NCBI RefSeq assembly: GCF_009834535.1
Contig: NC_045707.1
Coordinates: 62,870,001-62,934,000, forward strand
Source: Camelus ferus
Taxonomy: Eukaryota
Length of the DNA: 64,000 nt
Direction: 5' to 3'
Positions within the stretch are counted from its first letter, which is position 1. Every line of letters starts with the position of its first letter. Of the stretch, positions 1 to 12,490 are shown in pieces. Both the position numbers and the translations under genes were made by a program. The notes below the pieces were generated by a model. That model had not been told where the DNA came from and did no database searches. It worked only from the letters and a program-made list of their open reading frames with translations.

Positions 1-249
1 TGCAGTCTCAGATCGCGGTGCGTTAGCTATCCATCAGGCTTTGCGAAACTGCAAATCTGATAACTGGCTCTACTCTCTCTCCATTTAATTGGCACTAACA
101 AAAAATGTAAAGCTACATAGGACCATAAGAAGTGAGTGGAGAGAGTATGGGATTTAGAGTTACAAAGAGAGCTTCAAATCCCAGCTCCTTTTCCTATTTC
201 CTGACTGTGGGGTATTACCACATAGCTCACAGAGTTGTTATCATGTGTG

Positions 250-785
250 TGTAAGTAATGATTGCATTACCTTGGGAATAGCAGAAAGTCTGACCCTCCC
301 CCCCTAAAAAAAAAAGACTTAAGTGGGATTAAAATTTTTATATAGCAAAAATGCTGGCAATAAAATGTCCAGGGCTGGTGGAACTGCCCAAAAAGTCATC
401 TAAAATTCTGGCTTAGCTTATCTTCCCACTCTGCCCTCCTTATTATGTGGTTTCATCAAAGATGAAGCTCTTCCTTCTGGATCAATATCACACCGTTGTC
501 CCAAGTGGGAAGAAGAAATAAGGGAACAGCTAAGGACAAAAGGCAAAACTTTAAGTTCCCAGAAATTTGTCTTTTTTATTACTGAAGTTCAATTCCTAAA
601 AGGGAGCCTTCCCCCAGAGCTGTGAACCCTCCATGCCATTGACCAGAACTGTGCATATGACTGGGACAAGATGCAATGGCGCTCGCTGATTCTGGAATTT
701 TAGCTGGAAGTAGCAGAATCTTAAACAAAACTGGAATTATTTTAGTAAGAAAAGAAGATAAATTGGTTGTCAGCATGCCTGTCAA
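250..785 (-). mobile_element. MLT1-family (MLT1J/K-like) MaLR LTR, degraded, flanked by MIR fragments
   Basis: Recalled reverse-orientation MLT1 blocks: 'gtccagggctggt', 'ccactctgccctcctta', 'cattgaccagaactgtgcatatgac', 'aaacaaaactggaattattttagtaagaaa'. MIR-like sequence at ~130-245 and ~790-870. Confidence 0.6.
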
Positions 786-1096
786 AAAGATTAATGGAGA
801 TGATATAAGCCAACGCACTCAGCGCAGTTCTTGACACACATTAGGTGGCTCGGTATATATAAGTCCTATTGTTGATCAACATTCTTTGAATGTTCTCCTG
901 ACATCTTCAAATCTATTCAATACCACCTTTAGCCAGTCAGTATCTTATTGTTTTATTAGCAGGAAGGAAATCTGGGGTTCAAAACTTCACTCAAACTTAC
1001 TATTTCAAGAAAGGAAATTCCAGGTGGAAGAAACTGCCGGATACAAGGGATAGCGGACAGTGATAAGAATGTCAGCGTGAATACTCAGAGCACCAC

Positions 1097-1115
1097 AGGG
1101 CACTAGGAGGCACCA
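1097..1115 (+). promoter_or_regulatory. Candidate CTCF binding site
   Basis: AGGGCACTAGGAGGCACCA resembles the CTCF core consensus (CCASYAGRKGGCRS) with two departures; lies in apparently unique sequence. Confidence 0.35.
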
Positions 1116-2807
1116 ACAATTTACGTGGTTCATGATGTGCCAATGAAAGAGCCGGGAGCTTTTTGGTCCATTCCTCTGTTTCTCTACTTTGCACTAATTC
1201 TGTCTGCAGTTCTGCTCTCCACATGCTCAGTAGGAAACCAGAGATCTGACTGAATTTAATTTAAAAAAAAACAAACCTTTTAAGTGCGTGAGCTTCTTGT
1301 AGTTTGACGATGTATAAAAATGCAACACGTTTTCATTGTGGAAAGCGCTCTTTTCTTCCAACTTTTAACTGAGAGTTTGACAAAGTTTTCTTCAGCTTCC
1401 ACTTGTAAGTTTCTGTGCCTGTTATCTTTTCAGCACAGCTTGGCGGATCGCAAAGGCTCCCTTCCCTGCACAAAACTCTACAACCATGGCAACTGCCCTT
1501 TGAAAAGGAAATACTGCCATAGGGGGAGGCAGCCAGCTCACCCAGGCTCAGGGAGTCCAGAAGTAAGCAGCTGCAAAGGACGTCGGAAGGGAAATGGCTG
1601 GGGCTTAGGGCATTTTGAGAAATTAATTTGAGAGACTTCCACTTTCTTCATGAACCCCTCCAGTTGAATACCACTTTTCATAGCATGGAGCTCCAGCCTG
1701 CGGAATTCAGTATGGCAGGAGGTCAGCACATCCAATATGTGACTGGATTTCAAAACCAGCTGACTATATGCTCTGAACAAAACTAGTACTCCTACCTGTT
1801 GGCCAGGACAGCGCAATTCATTATGAGTACGGGGTTAAAACACACCCTCAGTAGGTGCCAAGTTAAGTTGTTTTTTTCCCTTAATCTGTGGTGTCACGGT
1901 GGAAACACCACTGAAAGAATGTGCTGCAACCTGAAATAAGAGTTTTGAATTATTTCGATATGTAGATATTGAGTATAATATATCATTATCTGGTCACTCA
2001 AAATGAAAAAGAGTTAAAGAAAAAATAATTTGTGTCATTTTAAATTTCTTATGGAGTTCCTGTCAAATATATTCTAAGTAAAATCTTAACGTGTAACCCG
2101 AAATTTCTTTCTTACTACTTTTTTTTTCTGCCATAAATGAAACTCATCTCATTAATTATAGCACTTGGGAAACATTATTAGGTGTTCAACTTATTTTATG
2201 TAACACTTGCTCTAAGAAGCTGTGTATAAACTTATTGAAAAGGAAATTGCAGTTTAAAGAAATAACATTTTGACCTTTCAGAGAGAGCAAAGAATCTCTC
2301 CCTAGCTTTTATTTTTGTTTTTAGATTCAGACTTTCATTATATGTGGGTGTATATTTGCATGTGTGTGTTTATTTTATATATTTCATATATTTAATATAT
2401 GCCTACATTTATGCATGTTTATATAGGTAAATAATGAATTTATATATATATGTCATGAAAAGGATATATACACATATGTTTTAAATAAAAGCAATACAAT
2501 TTCGTGAAACAGGTTTTTCATTTGTTGTAATATTTTTAATTTCTTTGTTTTTCTAAATTAATTTTAGAAAACATTAGTTAGAATTTTTTAAAAGTTAGTA
2601 CATATCAAAGATTTTCTTACTAAAACACCTATATGTGCCTACAGTATGTATGCACTTAGCCAAATCACTTCTGACTGGCGCATTCATAGCATTATATATG
2701 TGCACTGGCGAGTAATAAGAATGATGCTAAGATCTTATAAGAACCTCCAGAGTGATTCAAAATGTAGGCATGTTTATACTTATTTTTTGTTGACAAGATG
2801 GAATGGC

Positions 2808-2949
2808 TTTTTTTTTTTTTTTTTGGGCGAGAGGAGGTAGTTTCATCTTTATTTGCTTTTGTTTTTTTTAAAGGGATGTACTGGGGATTTAATCCAGGAC
2901 CTCGTGTGTGCAAAGCACTCACTCTGCCACTGAGCTGTACCTTCCCCCC
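2808..2949 (-). mobile_element. tRNA-derived camelid SINE (vic-1-like)
   Basis: Reverse complement reads GGGGGAAGGTACAGCTCAGTGGCAGAGTG...GAGGTCCTGGATTAAATCCCCAGTAC with Pol III A/B-box-like motifs; poly(T) at 2808-2825 is the A tail. Confidence 0.85.
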
Positions 2950-2999
2950 TGAAATGGTTAATTTTTGAGAATTCAGTTTGTTCTACACTCTAGGTTAGT

Positions 3000-3195
3000 T
3001 GCTTCATAGACATTGTCTCATTTAATGTAATATTAGCATTTTAATTTGATGTAATTCTCACAAGATCCTTCTGCACAGGCCTCTATCCATTTTAAAGATG
3101 AGGAAACCCACATTTGAAAAAGAAAATTAGCCTGACAAAATCAAACCTTTAAAAAGGGAATCAAAGCTAAAGCTTAGCTTTATGACTCAGTTTCT
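3000..3195 (-). mobile_element. MIR SINE fragment
   Basis: 'gtctcatttaat', 'ccattttaaagatgaggaaac' MIR core in reverse orientation. Confidence 0.6.
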
Positions 3196-3679
3196 TTTTT
3201 TTTTTTTTTTTTTTAGGGTAAACTATATGAACGTTGCTCAGGAGTATTATAAAATGAAGACTATGTTTATATGAATAGAATGTTAGATCGTCTTTGAGAC
3301 AGATTAGTACAGAAAGTATAAAAATATCATTGGGAGGTAATAACTGAAATCATTTGTTTAATTCTGGAAAAGAGACTTAAGAATTGTATCAAAAGCAATA
3401 GTGTAAACGAGAGTGAGGGGTGTGTAAACTGGGCAAAATAATAATACCTTGAAACATTAACCTGTTTTTCTTTACCATACTTCAGTCCTTCCTGATAATT
3501 TGCCTTTCCCATATTTTGACAGAATCATCCACGTTTCCTTGACCTAAGTTGAGATTATTACAGTAAAATTACAAAGAAGAGTAAAAATACTTAGGTTTTG
3601 ACTTCCAAAACAGGATTCTCAGGCCCTTAGCAGAAACAATGGTCTTGAAAGCCAATGCTTTATTTTAATATATTATATT

Positions 3680-4625
3680 TCAGACATGCAAAAGTTATGA
3701 AGAATAAAACAATATACATTCATCATTCAGCTCAATAATTTAAATGCTATGAATATAATTGGTGTATGTCTCTCCAGCCAATCATACTCTCTTTCATCTC
3801 CTCTACCCTGAACTGAGTTTCTAATCACTTCCTTTAATATTTTTGAATTAGTGATATCTTCATAGAGTTCATAAATAAAAATAAAAACAGCACATAGTTA
3901 AAGTTTACTCTTACCCCTGCCTTCATTTGTCACGTCTCCTCCTCCTCACTCACTTCCTTTTAGGCAACACTATTTTAATTTTTTATGTGATTTTCCAGAG
4001 TTTCATGACATCCTACCCTCCTTTCTATATTTACCTCCTGCGTATGTCTCTCTACACAAAGTAAAGTACCATTCTGTATGTTTTTAAACATTTTTCTGTA
4101 TTTGCCTTTTGATATTCAAAATTACATTTGTGAGGTTCATACACATTTATATTATTGAATCTGAGTCATTTATCTTCATCGCTATATAGTACCCCAGTGT
4201 GTAACTACACCACATTGTGCAATTCATTCTTCCATGGATGTTAAGCTGGTCTCAGGTTTTGCTGCTGCTGCTGTTTGCTTGCTTGATTGTTGGCATGTTT
4301 GGTCATGAACAATGCTGCTAAGAGATTATTTTACAGATCTCTTTACGCATGTATTTGAGCAAGTCTTTATGGTATATACCTAAGAGAGAGCTTGCTGGAC
4401 CACAGAGGCAGCCCATTGTTTCCTTCACTAGATGTAGCCAAATTGCTCTGAAGTGGTGTTGCCAATTCACACTCCCACTGGAAGTAGGGAGCATTTTTAA
4501 CTTCACATTTTCAGCTATACTTGCTATTGGTCAGCTTTTAAATGTGTGACAATCTAGTCGCTGCGCCGTGAGATTGGTGTTTATTTTTGCATTTCCCCAT
4601 CACTGCTGTGATATGGCAAGCTTGC
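3680..4625 (-). mobile_element. Old L1M fragments
   Basis: 'gaacaatgctgcta', 'ggtatatacctaagagagagcttgctgg', 'ccaattcacactcccac' are reverse-strand L1 ORF2 end/3'UTR signatures. Confidence 0.7.
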
Positions 4626-5825
4626 CTGTCAGGTAGCCACTGTGTTAAATTTTCTTGATCACATTCTACTTTCCAAAGCCCTGTGAATTGTCTTTACTTT
4701 TTGAGCTCAGTTCTTCATTTAAACAGACATTTGTTACTTGAAACCCACCACTTTGGTGTGTTTGGTGGAGATGGATGAAATGTTAATAAAAGTCAAGGAA
4801 GCCAGGGGTGGTGAACTAGATCTGGATGGATTACACGCACAGATGCAGACTCAGCGTTAAGAGATGGTTCAAACTACGTGTAAGCGCTCAGAAATACAGG
4901 ATGGATTCTGTCATCCACAGTAGTACGGGTTATCTCTGAAAGGAAATCCCAGCATCTGTAGCTGAGGACAGTTGGAGAGCAGTCACACGCACCACTGTCA
5001 CACCTTCCATAAAAGGAACTATTAGAAGAGCCAGTGATGGAAAGTCTAAGGGAGGTGAAAGATTAGTTGAAGATAGTGCCTTGTTCTCAATATTAGACTG
5101 GCTATCCTGTATAGACTTATTTCTCTGCAAGGCAGGCATATTTGTTCAAAATAATAGGGAGACCTCAAGATTTAAAAAAAAAACATGAAAATGAGACTTT
5201 TAAAGGGGTAGTAAATTCTTGCAAACCAATAATGTTAAAGTAGTAACTGTGAGGACATCTGCATTTAGTTTTAGTCTTACTTAAGCTCTTGCCCAGCATT
5301 TTACAAATACCACATACTGAGCAAATATTCATTGATTCAGCCAAGGAATGAACTTATTGACCTCTGAATCCCTTCTGATCCATAAGGATCCTGTAAATAT
5401 GCCTGGAGTATTAGTTTTGTATTCACAACCATACTGCAAATGCTTTAAGAAAAAACAGAGTATTTTAGGCTTCTATACAAGGCTGTTAAAAAGTTTCTAC
5501 AGTTGTTCTAGGAGAAGAGACACTAATTTCTCTCACTTTTCATCAGGAGGTGTTGGACCTGCTAGGCAGGCACAGCTGAGGAGGTGGTTAAATACTGCTC
5601 TTGCAAATTTTAGAAAATCATTCACAAGTTGAAGCCGCCAGGAGTTGGAGGCTGGAGAGAGAGAGCTGTGGGTTTGCTCTAAGGAACCCCAACCGTGGAT
5701 GAGGATGAAATGTGAGGGGCATCTGAACTTCCCTGCAGGTGAAATGTGATGTGCTTTGAAGAGACCCCTGGAGCTTGAGAAACCCTGAAGTGGCCCATAA
5801 ATACACTGATCACAAGAGAAAAATA

Positions 5826-5870
5826 CAGAGAGACAGAGACAGAGAGAGACAGAGAGAGGCAGAGAGAGGA
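5826..5870. repeat. (GA)/(GAGACA)n imperfect microsatellite
   Basis: cagagagacagagacagagagagacagagagaggcagagagaggg seen directly. Confidence 0.9.
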
Positions 5871-6300
5871 CCCTTCTTTTAGAGTTATTTTAGATTCCAC
5901 CCTAGATCCCTTGTGAGGAGGCACACACCTTGAGAGGAGGAGGCTGGAGGAATTGGCAGGAGGGTTGCATTTGGAGGAGGAAGAAAAGTGCTGATGCGAG
6001 CACACGCCACATCCTCGGCAGTGGCTCGTGGTACCTGGAGAGAAAGACTCGCCTTTGAACACCTTTCATAGCCAGGTCACTGCCAGTGAGGTAAGACTGA
6101 TGGGGCCCCCACTCGTCTCACTCCCCAGCCCCAGCTCTAAATATAAATAGGTCAGAAGATGCACATAAGGATTAGCAAAAGAAGTATATTGCTAGTGAGT
6201 ATATTGATAAAAAAAATATAGATTTCTCCACTGTCTACCTTCCCAGGTGTATGTTTTCTGCCTATAGTAGTCCTGAACTAAAGTTAAGGCAAAGATTTCA

Positions 6301-6427
6301 CTTTTTTTTCCAGTTGCATGGAAAAATAGTTGGCATACATCGCTGTTAAAGTCTAAGGTGTATAGCATGAAGGTTTGATTTACATATATTGTGACATAAT
6401 CACAACATTAGGTTGCGCCAACATCCG
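6301..6427 (-). mobile_element. Short 5'-truncated L1 (L1MA-type) 3' end with TSD
   Basis: 'aagtctaaggtgtatagcatgaaggtttgatttacatatattgtga' is a reverse L1MA 3' end; flanked by aaagatttcacttt (6291-6304) and aaagatttcccttt (6428-6441). Confidence 0.75.
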
Positions 6428-6699
6428 AAAGATTTCCCTTTGAACGAAGTTCCGAGTTTTTATTATTACAACTCGGCAGGATATATTGAGCTGAGACTAT
6501 TGGAAGGAGTGAAGTGACAAGAGGATTAATTTTGTAAATATTGTTATTATTTTAGGATGAACAGATAAGCTCTCTGGGCTATTTGCCAAAATCTTATTTT
6601 ACAGGAGTAAGATAACAGCCCAACAGATTGGGTTGGCAGAGGCAGTGAAACCTCTCTCCTGTTGCCCTCTGGGCCTTGCTTACTCAACGTGTCAGTTAC

Positions 6700-6930
6700 A
6701 AGAAAAGGGAACAAGCTCAGTACTTGGGGTCAAATAGGGTTTGAGTCTAATCCTGTATCTGAGACTTACTGACAGTGTTAGCTTCAGCTCCCCGCTTAGA
6801 CTGTCTGGGTCTCAGGATTCTTACGTGCAAAATGCTGGCCTATCAAGATTAAATGCAATGGTGTGTACGAGGAAACTAACAGATTGCTTGCCACATGGGG
6901 AATGCTCAATATATACGTTTCCCACAGTGA
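6700..6930 (+). mobile_element. MIR SINE
   Basis: 'gggtttgagtctaatcctgtatctgagacttactgacagtg...cttgccacatggggaatgctcaata'. Confidence 0.65.
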
Positions 6931-7002
6931 ATAGGAGTTCCAAGTACATTTACATGCTTTCTAAATACATGTGAATTCCACTCAATTCAAGCAAGCTCTT
7001 TT

Positions 7003-7032
7003 ATCATCTTCATCATCATCATCATCATCATC
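7003..7032. repeat. (CAT)n microsatellite
   Basis: atcatcttcatcatcatcatcatcatcatc seen directly. Confidence 0.9.
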
Positions 7033-7050
7033 AAATGATAATGAGTTCAT

Positions 7051-7296
7051 AGAAGGCACAGCAGATTATGACCCTTAGGCCAACTCCAACTCACCAACAC
7101 GTTTTGTTAATAAAGTTTTATTTGAACTTAGCGACACTCATTCTTTACATGTATTCTGTGGTTGCTTGCATGTAATGTATTAGCCTGTCATGCATTGTAA
7201 TGGCAGAGTTGAGTACTTGTGACAATGACCATATGGCGTGTAAAGCTCAAACTATTTACTCTCCAGCCTTTCAAAGAAAAAGTTTGCCAAACACTG
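7051..7296 (+). mobile_element. MER58A-like hAT-Charlie MITE
   Basis: 'aataaagttttatttgaac', 'atggcagagttgagtacttgtgaca', 'aaactatttactctccagcctttcaaagaaaaagtttgccaaacactg' match recalled MER58A. Confidence 0.8.
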
Positions 7297-7399
7297 AGTT
7301 AAATATTGTGCTCTTACTATATGCCACTTACCAAGATGAAGCCTTCACAATCATTGTCTCATTTAATTTACTCAAAATCTTCTTTGAATTAATCTCTAA

Positions 7400-7745
7400 T
7401 TCTTAGGGCTTAATGGAAAAATAAATAAACGTATTCCTCATGCAGAGTACATAACCTTTCGTAGGGGAAGGTAGCAGAGAGCTCTACTCTGCCCTGTCTC
7501 GTGGGGTCCCAAGGCTCTGCCATCTTTAGCTACACCTGTGGAACGTGCTTCGTCCTCTGTCATGACAGTAGAGGCAAAATTGAAGGAGGGTTGTTCATTG
7601 CCTCTTACATTTTTATGCGTGGAAGCGACGCCCATAACTTCCACTCAAAGCCCATTATCCAGAGTTAATCATATGGTCTCACCCAGTGGTGACAGTTTGA
7701 GTCAGGAGCACATGAATTTTTGGTGATCAGTGTGTTTTTGCCATA
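7400..7745 (-). mobile_element. MLT1-family LTR fragment inserted into a MIR (MIR pieces at ~7300-7385 and ~7750-7900)
   Basis: 'cataacttccactcaaagcccattatccagagttaatcatatgg' MLT1-like; flanks 'gtctcatttaatttactca' and 'aacttgtccaagactgcacagctagtaaacggcagag' MIR. Confidence 0.55.
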
Positions 7746-8606
7746 TCCATGAGGTAGATAACATTTTGTAAAAATTTTAAAGATAAGGATACAGGAGATA
7801 AGAGAAACTTGTCCAAGACTGCACAGCTAGTAAACGGCAGAGTGAGAACTGAAATCTAAGCCTGCAGAGCAACAGATCATAGTATCTTACGGCCTCAGTC
7901 ATCTTTTCCCTAAACACTCTCCATGGTCCCTCGTTCCCCCAGTCAGTCCCTCCATTCCAATGATCAAGCTGATGTTGAACGTGAAAGGTATTGAGTATGA
8001 CAGAGGTTCTCATCTGAGAGGAGATGACCTTCCCTCAGGCTCTCTACTTCTCTGTTTGTCTTTCAGGTTATACACCTGGTTGAGTTTGGTCATTTAGAAT
8101 GCATTTGTATATATTTTTTGTGATCATATATTCAGCAAATATGTGAGTCCCTACCCTGTACTAAATACCTAAAGTTTAATAGAAAATTGAAGAACATAGT
8201 AGAAAAGTTTCTTTAGAGATGATCTTATAAATTTTCTTGGGAAAAAGTCCAAAATAATCAAAGATGGTTCATTACAAAATGTGATTGGAGGAAATATCTT
8301 TAATATTAATAGTTTGTGTCATGGACCAGAGTCCATTTACTCATATTTTATTTCCCTTTTTCTTTTCCTAGATCCTTGTAACATATTTGAGAGACTTGAA
8401 ACTTTTTTTTATGTTACTAAATAAGTGAGGCTAGATAATCCAAACACAGTTTGTCTTCTGTTTTTGTTGTTGTCATTATTTATGTCTAAAACACTCAAGA
8501 AACTCACTTGTTTTAAACTGGAATTCTTCTATTGTCATATAGTCAGAATTTTTTTTTAATGTTTACAAGGAAGAAGGAGTTTGGTTCAGCACATACTTCA
8601 GGTGAT

Positions 8607-8829
8607 GTTTTTGTTTCTTGTTTTTAATTGAAGAATAATTGATTTAAAATATTGTGTTTCTAGTGTACATCATAGTGATTAGTTATACATATATATATTC
8701 TTTTTCATTATAGGTTATTACAAGATACTGAATATAGTTCCCTGTGCTATACAGTAGGACCTTGTTGTTTATCTATTTTATTTATAGCAGTTTGTATCTG
8801 CTAATCCCAAACTCCTAATTTATCCCTCA
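8607..8829 (-). mobile_element. Younger (artiodactyl-type) L1 3' end
   Basis: 'ataggttattacaagatactgaatatagttccctgtgctatacagtaggacc...ctaatcccaaactcctaatttatccctc'; homologous to the 3' ends at 25853-26410 (+) and 53987-54691 (-). Confidence 0.85.
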
Positions 8830-9949
8830 TTATTTTTGTTTTTTATTGATAAAAACTATAATAGATAAAAATTTCAAATTATAGGAAGAAATAAGCACCT
8901 AATTTTAAATATTAATGTCCTAATGTAACAGAATATATGTGTGTGTATGTGTATATATATATATAATATATATATAAAAATGTGATTTGTCAAAGTACTT
9001 ATTTTATATTACTCTGTCATATTTTCAATGTTTAATAATATGCAGAATTACCTTCACAAATGCTAGGCCTGACAGGAAGCAGAGAAGCAATAGTTAATCA
9101 CTGGGGCTTAAGTCCTTTACCCATCTTTCTTTGTAAAACTTGTCCTGCAAAGCTCCAAGAGTGCATCAAAGAAATGGTGAGTAGATCCTGCTGAAAAGTT
9201 CCTCAGGCATGTCATACAAAATTAGATATGCCTTTTCTCCGATACTATTACTCTTGTCCAGAACTTGAAGTAGGCAGCTTTCAGATCTGCTGCCTCTTCC
9301 AAAATGTAATAAATAAATGACATCTTTATTCATGAGAATCTGTTCTAATTTAGAAGCCCCACCTTTGCACGCACCTTTCCCTTGCAAGCCTCAGGGGAAA
9401 GCAATTAAATTTAATAGCCTCTGTGAATTCTACAAAAAGACATACAATAGATACAGTGATGAGGGTCAAATTCAGGTATTTATAGAAACGAGTACTTTCG
9501 GAAATTCAAATGTAATCTCATATTTATGGTGCTCTACTTCGGAACTATAGATATATTTTAATTGTCATTAGAATAATGCTCTTTTTTGTATTTGGGGATT
9601 TTAATAAGTTATTATTTACTCACTGTCGTATTTCTCTTAGCCCATGGAATAAGATACTGCTGTACTGAGTACACATTTTCTAAAGTCACCTTTCTAAACT
9701 CCAAACTGATTTGATTCTTTGCTTCAATAAGCAACAAAACGTACTGAACCAACCAGACAAGTAAAACAATGAGAATGTGCACCTAGTGGGGAATAGATGC
9801 TTGTAAATAATTCACCAATTTGGAAGATACACAAACCTAAAGTATTTTTAAGTTTTCAATTTTTATCATCAGTATCAGATTTGAAATACAGCTTCCAGAA
9901 AAGAATATACTATAGCATTGAAACACAAATGAATATAGAACAATCTCAA

Positions 9950-10595
9950 CCACACCAAACAGATACATTGAAATTGAAACTGCAATAATATTCCATTTTT
10001 TCACTTGTTACATTGGCTAAGATTAAAAATTGTAAAGCACTGTATTTTGACACATCTTTAAAATAGGCTCTCTCACATGTTGCTTGGGAAAGTGTAAATT
10101 GGTTAAGCCTCTTTGGATGGTAATGGTAGCCATTTGTTAAATTATTATTCCACATAGCTTTTGACCAGAAATTAAAATATGAGCAATCATTTCATAGATG
10201 TGTTCAAAGATGTATGAACAGTTACATTCATTTCAGTACTGTTTGTAATGGCAGAAACATAAAAAAGGAAACAATTTCAAATATTTATCACTAGGGACTG
10301 AATTAATCAATTATGAAATACTATGCAACTGTTAAAAGTTGGGTGTGCAATTACAAGAAGAGTCATAAGATGTAATGTTGAGTAATTGAAAAAAGGAACA
10401 GAACAGGGAAATCCTACATAATGTGTCAAATATTTAAACACAAATATACAAAGATATGAAGGATATTTCAGAAACTGGGGAAAAAAGTTGCTGTGGGGAA
10501 AGCAGTCGGTTTGGGGGAAAAGGTAGAAGGGAATCTTTTCAGTATATTCGAATATTCATAACTTGTATGCATTGCCTATTCAAAAATGATTTAAA
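9950..10595 (+). mobile_element. Old L1ME-type fragment
   Basis: 'ctctcacatgttgcttgggaaagtgtaaattgg', 'cagtactgtttgtaatggcaga', 'atgaaatactatgcaactgttaaaag'. Confidence 0.7.
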
Positions 10596-12354
10596 ACCAG
10601 TAATTTGGGAAACTATTGAACTGTAATGTAAGAATCACAGACAAGATTATTCAATTATTACTTTCTATAAGGAACGAATATTGATACCATGAGACTGAAA
10701 TGTGCATTCGATACAAATAGATTATATATCATTTCAAGGAAATCTGTGATGTTAATAAGGCTAAAGAACTGTAAAATATGGTTCTTGCTCTCTCCCACTC
10801 CTATCCCTGTCTTTTATAAGGATTCTAATATTTGATTTTAGATAATGATGCTTCTCCTGAAATCAATCTTGTGTCTTTAATTATTCAAGTATCCAGCCTT
10901 CCATGCTGAAATCATTCTAATTATTCCCATTGCTCAACAGTATTAGTAAAAATTACATTTAAATTCAAAATAATTTAAGTGGAGTCCTTAATAGTCCCAC
11001 AAGCATTTAGCCCTTTTTATATTTCACCACTTGAGATAAAAAAAAAAAAAAAATCGAAAGTAGCCAACATTGTTGTTTTAATTTAAATAATCCTGTATGT
11101 TTTATCTCTAATACAATACCATAGAAGGTAGATTAAAATTAGCTTCCTCTCTCTTTTTTGATTTGTAAATCCCATCTCTCGTATTACCTCCTCATTTACA
11201 CTTTTAAAAATTTTATGATGCTCATATTCTTTTATTATCTGTTAGGCTAATCAGCTGACAAGCTTTTATGTACATTTTCTAGTGTATTGCCCTTGAGAAA
11301 TGAAGATTATTATTTATCCTGAATAAATAAATACCATGCAAGTTTGTAATGGTAGATTTTGAACAACATGCGCTGCCACCTCACATAATCGCTTGTCTGC
11401 TAGATTAGCCTATCTATTTTCCAAAATAGATTTTACACATATCTATGCAAAATAATACTATATATTATTGAAAATAACATGTGGCATTTGGCAAACTAAA
11501 AAACCCATTATAGTATCTGTTAAATTATTTAACAAATAATTTCAAGACTATGATTCTTCGGTTTAACATTGATTTGGATGGGAGGCAAGGACCCAAGCCA
11601 GCCTGAAAAATAAGAATTAGAAACAGGGACAATACATACCGTTTTTTTCATGAGTGAGTCTTGAAATTTTGGTTTAGGTTAGATAAATTAAATTCCTTTG
11701 GCCTGAACTACCTCTGCCCCCACCACAGCAATATCATTCTTCAGAGTCTGTTTTCTACCGCTGTGTGTATGATTTGCAGTGGTGGCATTCAGATGCTGTA
11801 CCATTTTCCCTTCTATACCACATACGGCAGAGGAAATGGCACAGTAAAGGAAAAAAAAATGTCCAGCTTAAATATGAATCTTCATTGAAATTTCTGTTTG
11901 TGGCTGTTCTAAAATTCTTTACCATAAATTTTCTGGGGTAAGCAAGCTTTAAGAAAAATCTTTATTAGAGTTTCTCTTAGCAAGAAAATAAATTCTTTTC
12001 TGTGACCTTTGGAAAGTAATATGAATGCTTTATTTCTCATGTTAGTGATGCAAAGCAACAGTCATGAAATTCAAAACCCAGTCATTAGTCACACCCGAGA
12101 TTAAGGTGAATGTATTTGCACTGTGCCCCCAAAAGAGCTCTTTGATGGGGACATTGTCCCCATAGTATAATGCCCCCTTGAATTTCATTAACTGCATTGC
12201 CAATTCTATGCCTGAACTACAGAGAATTTTACTACAGAGAATTTTAAGGAAGGAGTGAGGAGTGCAACGAACTCAGATACTGGCAGTAATTTGAAGTGGG
12301 TATGAACCAGCGATGACACTCAAAACACATATAGGTTCCCAACTCCATGTGCTG

Positions 12355-12490
12355 TTTTTATTTTTATTTCTTGGCAGGGGGAGGTAATTAAGTTTACTTA
12401 TTTATTTTTGGAGAAGGTGCCAGGGATTGAACCCAGGACCTCGTGCATGATAAACATGCACTCTACCGCTTGAGCTACAGCCTTACCCCT
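12355..12490 (-). mobile_element. Camelid tRNA-derived SINE (vic-1-like) with TSD
   Basis: 'gggggaggtaattaagtttacttatttattt...gggattgaacccaggacctcgtgcatg...tgagctacagcc'; TSD tccatgtgctgttt (12344-12357) / tccacgtgctattt (12491-12504). Confidence 0.9.

Noticed and set aside
5679..6062. 127-aa minus-strand ORF
   Set aside because: Crosses a GA microsatellite (LSLSLSVSVSL), has a non-ATG start and no recognisable domain.
9267..9299. Hairpin GAAG-T-AGGCAGC...GCTGCCT-CTTC as a pre-miRNA
   Set aside because: Stem of about 11 bp is too short and matches no miRNA I recognise.
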